NCBI GenBank assembly: GCA_010093605.1
Contig: MU004183.1
Span: 1,488,001-1,552,000 of the forward strand
DNA from: Lophium mytilinum
Lineage: Eukaryota
Length of the DNA: 64,000 nucleotides
Reading direction: 5' to 3'
Shown here one piece after another: positions 35,507-46,803 of the stretch. Under the pieces are notes generated by a model. It was not told where the DNA came from. It did not search any database and saw only the letters and a program-made list of their open reading frames with translations. Made by a program: the position numbers and the translations under genes. Position 1 is the first letter of the stretch; each line of letters starts with the position of its first letter.

Positions 35507-38500
35507 CCGGACTTCCTGGATTTGGCCAAGCTATACGGACCATTCCTGAACGACGAAGTACGCTTCTTGCCACGATGTGTTTATATAGCCCCATTTTTTT
35601 TCCTTGTTCACAAAAGTCATGAAGAGATGAAAGCGTGTGTGGTTGTTGTCCCCTTTTCCCGCGACGGTGTTGGTGTGGTCTTTTTCATTCATCTGAGTCA
35701 AGGGCTCCAGGGTTGCGAAAACATAGATCTATCGGCGCATCCGGAATCCGTCGAGTGAGAAAGAGAACGATGTGCCCGGACTATACCCGGATGCCACCTA
35801 CTACCTGAAGAGGATACACTTTTACCTTCTTCCTGGATGGAGGATAGCCATGTTGAACGATTAGAAAACGTCCTCGGTTCTAGCGTGGTTCATCTCGGAT
35901 GGTTGTCTTATTACCGGTTTTCTTATTTACATTGGGAGGTTGTCAGTAAAGTCCAGCGTGCAAATGCCTAGATGGCGGTGGTGTTCTTCCTGCTTCTTGT
36001 TTCACGGAGTTGTCACCAAGCCGGGTTGTGGCTATAGGAGTGGAGTAAAGCTTGTGGTTCTTTTCGCATTTACATGGAGTTGAAGAGTACTGCCTACTTA
36101 ATGGTCTACCCACCACGGAGAGCATGGGAGGTCCTGCAGTGGAGATTTACGTTCATTCATGTCGTCATGACGACGGCCCTTCTTTTCCTTTCTCTCGAAA
36201 GATCTCGATACCAGAGCCACCTTGTTGGGCTCACTACTACGTTTTTTGTACGCTATATGCCTGGCTCGAAAGAGTTTGAGAAGCGAGGAGCGAGATGCTT
36301 GAGGATATGAATTAAAACACATACGTTTGTGACACGGCTGAGGTCGTGTCGCGCAAGCACACACACATGGACATCCTTTCTGATCTGCACAAATGCGTGA
36401 TTATTGCAAAGATACTATCCCACGTTCAAAACCACGGATTCGACTCACGTATCTTTCGTGATGCTCCACCAGGATACGATGTGGATACGTGCCTCCTGAA
36501 TATCCTATCCCCGGCGTCCCTCCGCTTTCGGAGTCGTCTCCACGCGCTACAGAAAGCACTTCTGCAGACCCTGGAAAGCCGGAGAGATTGCACTCCGCTG
36601 TGCTCTCCCACGATTGAGCTTCAGGTTAGCGAGCCCGCGAAGCGCACGTTCTGCCGGCCTACCTATACCAAGCTTGTCGAATCACCATCGGCGTTAGACT
36701 TTGACACCCGTCTCCATGAAGCCATTCCCAGCTCGGCCGCCCTACCTCACCTCCATCCATACAAGCGAGCATTGGGAGAGTCTGGATATGGATTCAGCCT
36801 AATGCCTAGTCATGCCACCTCTCTGACACCCATATGCGCCCAAAAGCAAACCAAAGCAACCACTCAGCTCCCGCGCCCCGCCGCCACCGCAGGCTGCGTT
36901 TGGCTGTTTGCTTTTCTTCTGCTCGGAGGAAGTGAGGCGTACTCGCTGTAGGTCAGATGACCCCCGAACCACCTCTCAGAAACTACTAGAACGCAGCGAT
37001 GCGATATGCGGGCTGCAGGCTGACCGGAAAGCAAGTCAGCGCAACGCAGCTCGCAGCCCCAGCCCCCGGTCAATAGCAAATCATCCACCCTCGACGCCAG
37101 CGCCTTCGCTTACCCGCCCGCCCGTCTCACTGCCTGCGCTGACCGGGCCTGGGCGAATGGTGGGGAGGTCTGAGATGTGAGAAAAACTTGCTTTTGGTGT
37201 CGTGGTTGGTGTTGAGGGGTTTTATTTTTTTCTTCTGAGACTGGCGACGGGTGTTGGGCGGCCAACCGGTCAGGGCTCCGCCCGCTGCGGCTGCGGCTGG
37301 GCGGGCTGGGCTGGAATGGGTGGTTGGGATTTGTGAGGCATATTGCTGTACCGAGAATTTGGCCGGGCGTCTGGTGAGTCTGAGATGCAGAGGTGCCAGC
37401 ACATGATGCCTGAGTGTTTTGGCGTGAGTGCTTGCATATTCACTCAGAGCTTGAATGGTGAAAATTGGATTTTGGGCAGAGGATAATTACGTCTGCTTGG
37501 GTAGGTCGGGATAGCGCGGCCCGGGGTGGGTAGGCTCGCAGATTTGTTGAAACCTCTCTATTGCTAGCCGTAACTTACGACCATTAGCGTGGCGCTAGCT
37601 TCCTTACTACCTCCTCCGCTGTCGCTTTATGTTCCTCATTCCATCAGACCACATTTAATAAACACTTCCTCATGGAGTGCGACAAAGGTCAATAACGAAG
37701 CGAACGATGCAACGTTCTCCTATCCCGTAGCCGCTCGCCGTCATGGAATATTGGATCTACAATAATCCTGGAAGTGCCACATACGCATTTCCCATGTGGC
37801 ACAGGCATGGATTGAGGCAGTGCCGCCGCCGATACGATGATGTGTGTGCATGGTGATCTATCTCTTCGTGCTTCTGCCTAGGTTCGAGGGTTGGGAAGCC
37901 TGGTCGGTGGGTGGAGAGGGTGTCGGGGGATTGGCCGGATAGAGTGTCATATCCGAGTGACTACGCATTATGTGTTGCTGGGGTTGAGATATTGGATGGG
38001 CGGGAGTTCGTGGGTGTGTGGCTGTGATGGTTTGTTAGGTGTGCCTAGCGGTTCACGGGGGAGATTGGTATGAGGCGCAGGCGGCAGCGATATTGGATGG
38101 ATGAGGGGGGATATTCACATGTGAGTAAACCTCTCTCTCGGCGAAGATACTTCGTAGTACTGCTCTTAAGTCCCGTGATGACCGTTTAGGGTAACCGGAG
38201 AGTTGCGAGATCAGTGTCCTTCTTGGGTATAGTCTTCACGTGACCTGATGAGACATGAGGCTCTTGTTTTGCTGTTGCTCTACAAAAAACTCAAATAAGC
38301 AAGGATATGCTGTTTGCCGCTTCACATAACTGCCATTTCCGTCAATTACCATCATCTCACCATCGGAAGTTTCAACCCCCTTCCCTGTTGACTACGCACC
38401 ACTCTCACTCCGTAGAATCCTCACACACGCACTACCTACTAGCGCAAAAGACGCTCAAAATGTTCAATCCCCCGCCCCATCCCACTTGCAATGATGATTG

Positions 38501-38574
38501 TCCGCAATACGCTCTCGGACTACATTGATCTTGCTCCCACCTTCCTCCCAATCCCTTCACATCTCTGTCTCTTT

Positions 38575-41500
38575 CTATAATACCGACGACGCCACTTCCT
38601 CCTTATATGCGGTGAGCAGCCTCGTAATAGCTCCATGTCCGTATCGCTTTGCCAAATTCATTGCTATCTCATACTGTGTGCTACAAGGTAATCCCCATTC
38701 AGGGTCAAGCCCCTCGTCTGATGGCACCTCGTCCGAATTACAATATGTATCTTTGACGCTAGAAATGTGGCCTCCTGAGTCATTATTTCCATAATCGTCC
38801 TTGTGAAATCGTGGGAGGTCTAAAGCGGCGCCGGCATTTAGTAGAAGCTGTACCATATCTATTCGACCGTATTCAGAAGCTAGTTCCAGTGCCGTCCTGG
38901 TTCTATGGAAACGGTAGTATCTCACAGGCAGATGCGTGTCGTATAATCTCTCCCACTCATAGCCGGAAGACACAGCGTCGACCGTAGTGGTGGCGCCGGC
39001 GCTGAGAAGTATATTGGCAATTTCAATGTACCCCTCGGTAGCAGCTAGATGCAATGCACTAAGGCCTCGAAGGCCCAGGGGGGCTTCAACGTTTGCTCCA
39101 GAAGCGAGGAGAAACTGGACCATCTCAGAGTTGCCTCTGCGAACAGCGCACTGCAGAGCGCTCAGATCAGATTCTATCCGGTTACCTTCCTCCGTATGAT
39201 TATTTTCCGGAGCCGTTTCTTCATAGGACTTTGAACATGGTGCGCCATTCAAATCGGCATGATAGTGTAGCAGGAGTTGTACAATGTCCATTCTTGAACG
39301 TCGAGCCGCGCGTGCAGCTGCAGAAATACCTGGGCCGGATTCGAAGGGTATGTTTGGCCTGGCACCAAGTTCAAGCAGCAGATGAACGACAGAAATGTGG
39401 CCCATTTCGGAGGCAAGCTCTAGGGGAGTCCCAACGATGTCCTCATTGTAACGATACCGGAGGTTAAGATTGCATCCAGCACGAACCAGCGCTCGAATAA
39501 TATTAGATTCGGAACCAATAACGGCAGCTTCAAGGATAGCTGGATTGTAGAGATCGGCTTTGTCGTAGGCATGTCTGCTTGTTGATATTGCTTGGAAGAG
39601 AATCTCTAACATGGGGATATTTCCCTTCTCCACGGCAATCGCAAGCGCTCCCCGATCGATTGGGGAGGCACCCCAATGAAGCAGCTTCTTCGTCAGCGTT
39701 GTACTGCTCGCACGAACTGCTTCTGCCAATGGCGTGCGGGGGCCAGGCTCATTGACATGGGCCCCGTATTCCAACAACAAATTAACCACTTGACAGTCCT
39801 TGAATGATATCGCCTTTGTCAAAGGTGTATGCCCGTTGATCGAGATGTCAATGTCTGTACCTCTGTCCAAAAGCCAATGGATAAGCCAGAGGATTTTCAT
39901 CTCCATGGCTTGAAACAAAGCCCGGCCGTCAATGTTTGCGCCAGAGTTGATGACTTCTTGAACAATATTATCTTTCCCTGTTCGGATTGCAGCCTCTAGT
40001 GGCGTAGAGGCATTGCTACGATGCGTCCCGTTGATATCAGCTCCGAGAGAAAGCAGGTATCGGAACATGCTCATATCGTCGTTCTTGATAGCTTTCGTGA
40101 GAGCGATCTCACCAGAGCAATCCTCGGCATTGACATTGGCACCTTCTTCAAGGAGCGTCTCAATCAGCATGGTGTTTCCTCCTGCTACTGCTACTGGTAG
40201 GACGCCCCGGGCATTTTGATCGGAGTCGAAGGGCGCTCCAGCCTGCCGTAGGAGGTCGAACATAATCTTGTCGTTCATTTCAATGGCCATTTCAAGCGCA
40301 GAGGAAAAAGTTTCGTGAAGAGAGTTCGCGTCTGCGCCATTGGCTAGAAGGTTCTGGACGACCTGATAGTCCTGGCATTCGACCGCAACTTCTAAAGGAA
40401 GCTCCCGAAGCCAAGTCCTCTGATTCACATCGGCCCCGGCATATAAAAGGAGACGAGTAATATCAAAGTTTCCCTTACGAATAGAGGATATCAAGAGTGA
40501 GTTGTTCTTGAATTTTGCTCCGGCTTCGAGTAACAAGCACACTAGGTCGATATGCTCCAAACTCACTGCACGATGAAATGCAAAATTCAAGGCTGAGGAA
40601 TGCTGTTTGCATTTACTTAAAGAATTCAGGAGGATAAGCTCCGTAAGCTTAACGTTACGCTTGCTCACCGGGATCTCTAAAATTCTGTGGTCGATTTCCG
40701 TTACTGACGATAGTAGAATCCTAACCAATTTCTCGTCTTCGCTTTCCAGAGCGGGGCTCAACATTGCCTCGGCAAAAGCTTCAACTGTAGGCTCTCTGGT
40801 GCTAAGAAGGGTTTCGAGATGTCGGAGATTCCCTGGGCGACGGCACCAATCGAGTGCTAGCTGCTCAAAAGCCTTCCTAGGGCCGCTGTGGCTGTCGCCT
40901 AGTTTGTTGCATAGAACGTATATGGCAAGTTTGAGAAGGTGAACCGAGTCCGACTTCGTAAGGCTGCGTGACAATCCTACCGGTGTGAGAACATCACCAA
41001 TGTCGTAGTCTGCCGGCGGTATGAATGCTGCGACGCGACCGTAATCGCCGGAGTGTCCGAGAAGACTTTTTATGTCGAACTCAGAGCCTCTGGGTACGTT
41101 AATGGTCAAATCGATGCCGGTATGCCCGAAATCAGCACTTTTAGGTGACATGGCTGAGGAGCCATCCGTTCGGGGAGACGCTAGTTGGGATCAGTATTTC
41201 AAGAGAAAGACCGATCTTAAGGCATAACGCACTAACCTTGTCGGAAAAAACGTGTCTGAAATCTTATACAAGGCAAAGGCCAGATGCACTCAAGAAGGAA
41301 TACAAGGTGATCGAAAGGAGGTGGCGTGCATACGAGCATTCCTTCTGGTGTTCTTGGTGAACTTGCTGACCCAAAGTCAGAGAACCATAATCTCAGCTGG
41401 GTTGCCTTCGTCTGGAGAAAGACTTGCCTGACTGGTATCTTTCGACTGTGGTGACAAAATTACACGGGCGAGCAATCTCTTTGAGGACCTTTTTCCTTGA

Positions 41501-41832
41501 AACCAACTCCCCATGCACAAAAATGTCACTCTCTTTGCCTTCTCTCTTCCGCCTTCGGTACTTCTCCCCGATGGTTCTCCATCGATTAGGGGGACCACCC
41601 TTCGGTGTATATTTTGAGAAGTTCCACTTTTTGAATTGGCGCTCATACTGGTTCTTTCTAGTGTTGAGTCAGTGATGTGATCACGAAATCAGAAAGAGGG
41701 CGATTACGTGGCCTTGAAGTCATGCTGAGTTCTCATAAGATCCATGACTTTCTTGAGGGTCTGCTTTTCTGATAGGTAAAGGTACTGGATGGTCTCCTTG
41801 TGGAGCTCCCAGGGAAGCGCTACGCCCGCCAT
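38575..41832 (-). CDS. Clr5-domain + ankyrin-repeat protein, ~1029 aa (introns 41658-41707, 41366-41427 GC-AG, 41181-41236)
   Basis: Exons 1-2 give PWELHKETIQYLYLSEKQTLKKVMDLMRTQHDFKATKNQYERQFKKWNFSK (Clr5 pattern). All exon phases are consistent. The last exon has many (T/S)(P/A)L..A...G...V..LL..GA..N ankyrin repeats. Confidence 0.85.
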
Positions 41833-44369
41833 GTTCTATCTCGGTGATTTTCTGCGCGGGAAATGGTGACAGAATATATTGAGCGTAGGCTTTCCAAAAA
41901 AACACTCGAAGTAACGGAAGGCTGAGAATTGATGATCAAGAACAATGTAGGCGGGAAAGCGCATTCAAAGGAAGCGCGGCTGGGTGGGGCAAGGCTGAGA
42001 AACCGCCTCGGAGAGCTGAATGCATGAAGATTGTTGGGACTAGCCAATGATCCACAAGCAACGCCCAGATTGATGCAGGGCTGACGTGCCGTTCCTGGGG
42101 TTGTCCTTCATTGGCCACGTCCAAAATCTTGCGTAGCTGATCTCATGGCCATTAGATTTACGGACCACACCAAGACGGGTACCCCTCTTAGTGATACGTA
42201 GTATGATTTTCCTCGACTTTGCTTGCGCTTTGCACATGTGGATGATATATCGGGCCACCTCACACGTATTCAGAAGATTTAGGACACGATGTAAATTTCG
42301 CGAGGGTCTAAATAGGGTACTGGAAGGCGCTAATATCTTAATGCATCAGGGACACCTCGGCCGTGCTTAGGCGAGTGAGGAGGAGCAAGAAATTGGCTGT
42401 TTAGAATAGAAAAGGACCGTTTGACGGCTGAAGTGGCGGAAAACAGGTCCAGCGCCAGAAAGACTTTGGTCATAAGCGCATCTATGGTTCGATATCTCAT
42501 TCAGCCATTAAGCGTTGAGGGTGAAAGTGATGAGAATTCGGATGGGACTTACCCAGGCGTACATAAATGCCAGACTTCATTTAACCGTCTAGGCAGATTG
42601 CCGAGACTACTGCTGTCTGATCGCGTCCCAAATTCTTGGGTATAGGTACAGTGAAGGACCGGAGAGCCGCCAAACATAGCACTAATGTTCTGGCGCAGGA
42701 CTCGACGTCGCACACCAGGAGATTGCCTCCCAGCAACATCAAATTCAATCGTAAGGACAACTTGGCTCCCCCATGAGAGGCATATGAGCGCAGCAGCACA
42801 AGCATGTGATCGATTTGCTCCATCGACCGAAAGGAAAATAGGGGTGACGGATTCAACCTGATAGGATGGTCAGCAAGTCCTTAGAACCATGGTCCAACAC
42901 CGTGCAACTTACAGTTGTAACTGACGTCCGACTTAGAACCCAACAAACCCACCCACATGCAACAACCCTAGCTGCCATACCCATATATGCAGTGAACGTG
43001 TAGTGCAGTAGACGAGAGATATGGTGGATATGCTGCAGGTCTGCGTCAGGTTCTGGCACTGTACGGTAGGCAGCGTGATGTTCTATGTTGAAGCGGTGGC
43101 CGCCGTGAGTGAGCTGGGGGAGATTTTCGCCCGGCATTCCACATTCCAATGTGTATACTCCCATCCACAAAACCAGCGAGACGGAAGAGATCTTTACGTT
43201 CCCACCTATCAGGATCAAAGTCGCCATAAAAAAGAACGGAACCGGATGATCGAGTGTATGAGAAGCAGCAAGTCCTGCTGCTAGCGACGGCACAGTCCGA
43301 CTAGGTATTAAAACCACCTCGCTAGAAAACGACGAAGTTACTAGGGACGACGATATAGCGTCCAGTAGCTGCAAACCATCAAAGAGGATTGCATGGTCGG
43401 CAATTGAATCAGAGGAGGCGCTCTAAGCGATGTGGCGGTGTGACATCCGCAAAGGGAGAAGAAAAAGGGAGAAGCGGTCCGTCCGGCTCGAGAATTTCCG
43501 AAAAGTTTTGGCGTAACGAGGGTGTTGAATCCGTAGCAGCATCGTCAGTCCTGGGAGCTAGTTGTGATGCGGGAGAAGATGAGCCTGAGTCAACAGTGGA
43601 CGGCGGCGGCATACCGCCAGCCGTCTGGGCTGAATTAATTCGGGTCGCGAGACGTGACCCGGATACCTTGTCAGATAGCCCATAAATTTTGCGGAATCAA
43701 CACACTTACCCTGCAAAGCGTAACTCGTTTGCGGGCGAGTTCGCGCAACACATGGCTGACATGACGACTAATCTGCTAGGAATTTAAAGGTGGAAATCTC
43801 CGTAGTGCTGGCGAAGCCGTTTTCCATAAACCTTGTACATATACTCTCCCGTTGGTGCGAGCTACAAAGTTGGCCCGCTGCCGTAGACGCTGAAACATAC
43901 GACTAGCCCGACGGCAAATGGAACTGGCTTCAAAACAACCGTGATACTTCTCATACTGCGAGAGTCGTTGAAGCACAGAACTAAGGTAAGAGATTTTTCC
44001 AAAGAGAAGAGGTCGGTTATGTCTTTCGAGCTGCCGGGGACAACCAAAAATCGCGAAGTACGAACAAATCAAGAGAGTGATCCCGAAGCGAAACATGGGA
44101 AACATTGCCTGGATGACAACTAATACAAAGGTGATAAGGAAGGAGTGATTTGAAAAGTCGTCAAGTATGCATTGACGACTAAGTATAGACGGGAAGTTAT
44201 AATGATGGGCAGAAGAAGAAGATAAGAAGACCACAGCGAATGGGTGGCTATCGTGCGCGGAGAGGAAGTGTAAGATAAAAGAAATAAGATAAATCGACGG
44301 GATGTAAGGTAAGCTAGTAGCCTGTGAAGGTCCTTCCCTCAACAAGCCCTTATATTTTGGCTAATTCTG

Positions 44370-44657
44370 CACTGCTCCAACTAATTCGAGCAGCAGGCCG
44401 GTCGGGCGTATTGGTAATTCCGCTACGAGAAACAACCTGCAAGGGCTGCGAGTTCGACTCCAGCCCTTGTCAGGAATTGACATTATGGCTTTCCCATAGA
44501 ATCGACTGCAAAGTCGCGCGGAAATGTTTCCTATAGATTCGACTGAAAAAGTCGCGCGGAAACACAATAAGTCCATCGTCACGGAGTAAACCGCCCGGGG
44601 TTTCTACACTCTCCCTCGAGGAGAGTGGTCTTTTGCTCCTTGATTGTTTTTATTTTT
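44370..44657 (+). ncRNA. Candidate Pol III structured RNA or tRNA-derived SINE-like element
   Basis: A-box-like GGGCGTATTGG (44404-44414), B-box GAGTTCGACTCC (44450-44461), several strong hairpins, and T-runs at 44631-44634 and ~44647-44657. It does not fold as an intact tRNA. Confidence 0.4.
44490..44563. repeat. Two adjacent 37 bp direct repeats, each self-complementary
   Basis: TTTCCCATAGAATCGACTGCAAAGTCGCGCGGAAA followed by TTTCCTATAGATTCGACTGAAAAAGTCGCGCGGAAA. Confidence 0.85.
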
Positions 44658-44829
44658 GCGCAATAACGCCACTGGGTCGATGCAAAAGAAGGAAAAGAGA
44701 TGAGGGCATCGACACGATAGGAATAATAGCAATAGAGTAAAGTAAATAGCTCGCAGCTTTTTGAATTAACACCTACATACACATATTTTACCACATCTTA
44801 GACCTTCTTACAGCGGCGCGCTATCTTTA

Positions 44830-46278
44830 TCACGATCCCGAATCGTTTTTTGTTTCAACCGCGGCTCCGATGTTTTTGTCCACCTCTACAGGCCACTTGC
44901 CCAAGCTCTCGTACCACTGAATCGCACTGCCAATCAAAAATGCCCAACTCCCCCAAAAAGTGCTACAGCTCGCCTGGTACTGCGCCCAGCTATGTGTATC
45001 GTATCCAAAAGCTGGACAAAGCGTGAACCCAAGTCCACCGATTGTATTCCAGAATCCAATATGCCAACCTAGCGTGCCCAGCGCAGGTTTATACCATTTC
45101 GACTGGGTCTCGATCATGAAGAGCAAGCCCGAGAGTATGAAGCCGGAGCCGCCCAGCACCTGCGGTGTCCAGTAGATGCCAGCCTCGAGCCCGGTGGAGA
45201 GGTGGTTCAGAATTCCAGGGAGCGCGGTAAAGCCGGAGATCCAGAAAACAGAGGCGGCGAGGAATTGGGTGAAGGAGGCGAGAAAGCCGAGGCTGTGGAG
45301 GTGGTGTGTTACGAAGTCGTGGGTGGAAGGCCACCATGTCCATGCCTTATCGGAATCGGTAGTACCACTGTGGGAGCTGGAGGTAGTAGAGCGCCCGACC
45401 AAGTTACGTTTGTTACTGTGATGATGCACACATGTTTTGCCTGAGGGGTGGAATTGTAAGGTATGGTCCTCCAGAGCTTGAGAAACGGCCCAGCCGAAGC
45501 AGCCAGTGCGAGATTCATTGATGCTCTCGAACAGCAGTAGTATTGAGCCAATTTCGAAGATTGTAGCGCCGATGAAGGCGGTAATTCCGCCGCCTGTCAA
45601 TTCCTCGTTTTTGAATTCCGTGGAGGGTTTTATGAGCGGGAGGAAGACAAAAAACGCGTTGATAACCCATACTACGCTACCGAGGGTGAATAGGACCGCC
45701 ACATCGTAAGATATGTCCCAGATGGGGTATGTATTGGCCATCCGAAGTATGCCCTGAGCCACACCGCGTAGAGAGGCGGTAGGCGCTGGCGTGGTGTACT
45801 TTGCGCTAGATTGGGCGTATGCAGGATTTACGAGGAGGGTATGTCGCCCTTTGCGGTTGTTACGCGAGGTCCATTTGTAGGCAACGCTGGATGCTGGTAG
45901 ATTCTCTTTTGTCGATTTATCCTGTACTTCAGACTCTTCGTCTTCTTGAGTGTGCGCGGAATGGGGCTCGACATGTTTCCCGAGCTTGGAGTTGGGGTTG
46001 AAGTGTGCGCTTGTTGGGTTCAGGAAGGATAATGGCCCGTTGACGCGGCTGGTATCGAGATCGAGGGATGAGTGGGATTCAAGTGGAATGTGTGAAGAGT
46101 GGAAGGCTTTGTTTCGTCGCGTCTTTCGCCGAGTTTGGTCGCCTGAGGAGAAGGACTGGCTGCGTTCGGGATGTTCAGGGTGAGGGATTGAGCCATCTGC
46201 TTGGTATGTCTGGCTTCGGCGCGTTATGGGGGTTGGTCGGGACGTGTCGTCGACAGCTGGTGTGGAGTCTTTCTCCAT
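44830..46278 (-). CDS. Conserved fungal integral membrane protein (~6 TM, YrhK-like segments)
   Basis: 482 aa ORF with a hydrophilic N-terminus, then WDISYDVAVLFTLGSVVWVIN, AFIGATIFEIGS, WHIGFWNTIGGLGFTL and TFWGSWAFLIGS. Confidence 0.8.
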   Translation of the reverse strand: MEKDSTPAVDDTSRPTPITRRSQTYQADGSIPHPEHPERSQSFSSGDQTRRKTRRNKAFHSSHIPLESHSSLDLDTSRVNGPLSFLNPTSAHFNPNSKLGKHVEPHSAHTQEDEESEVQDKSTKENLPASSVAYKWTSRNNRKGRHTLLVNPAYAQSSAKYTTPAPTASLRGVAQGILRMANTYPIWDISYDVAVLFTLGSVVWVINAFFVFLPLIKPSTEFKNEELTGGGITAFIGATIFEIGSILLLFESINESRTGCFGWAVSQALEDHTLQFHPSGKTCVHHHSNKRNLVGRSTTSSSHSGTTDSDKAWTWWPSTHDFVTHHLHSLGFLASFTQFLAASVFWISGFTALPGILNHLSTGLEAGIYWTPQVLGGSGFILSGLLFMIETQSKWYKPALGTLGWHIGFWNTIGGLGFTLCPAFGYDTHSWAQYQASCSTFWGSWAFLIGSAIQWYESLGKWPVEVDKNIGAAVETKNDSGS

Positions 46279-46803
46279 TGTTGTAAGGTCATGGGGTGTA
46301 GGTTGGGGACTGAAAGGCGAGGTTACGGGTGAACGTTAGTTTAATTATAACGGGCCGGCGAGGGCAAAGTGGATATCGTAATGCTTAGAGGTCAGAAGAC
46401 TCCCAGAGTTGATGAGGTGGAGCGTCACCGGCCCTAGTGCCAGGTGCCTGCCAAGTTCTCGTGTGACGGCGGGTGATCGGCATGTGGGCCCAGACTCTCT
46501 CTTTCAACATCATCGTTAGCTTCATATTTCATTGCTTCCTATACAAAGGTCGAAGAGGCCGTTTGGTGGGGTGTTAATTATGGAAACCCTTAGAGACGTC
46601 CAGTATTGGCCCTGTCCCCTGGGCACACACATCTCAGAATATGTTCCCCTCCTCGCTTCACTTTGGCATTTTGCAGTCGCTAGAACTTTTTCAATACGCT
46701 CTCAGATTATATAGAACTGTAACAAGTCAATCTAAATCCTTGGAACTATAAACAGCCTGACCCAATATATGTACATCAATAGTGAAACAAAGTTGCCCCA
46801 AAA

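Noticed and set aside
36346..36951. 201 aa ORF downstream of the kinase
   Set aside because: No domain or codon-bias evidence; likely a chance ORF in 3' intergenic DNA.
42040..44345. Further upstream exons of the ankyrin gene, or a separate gene
   Set aside because: The Clr5 exon at 41832 already supplies a start. Fragments here (e.g. FYGDFDPDRWERKDLFRLAGF) are protein-like but could not be joined into a model.
44396..44475. Functional tRNA gene
   Set aside because: A/B boxes are present, but the anticodon stem does not pair and the acceptor and T stems have several mismatches. Kept only as a tRNA-like candidate.
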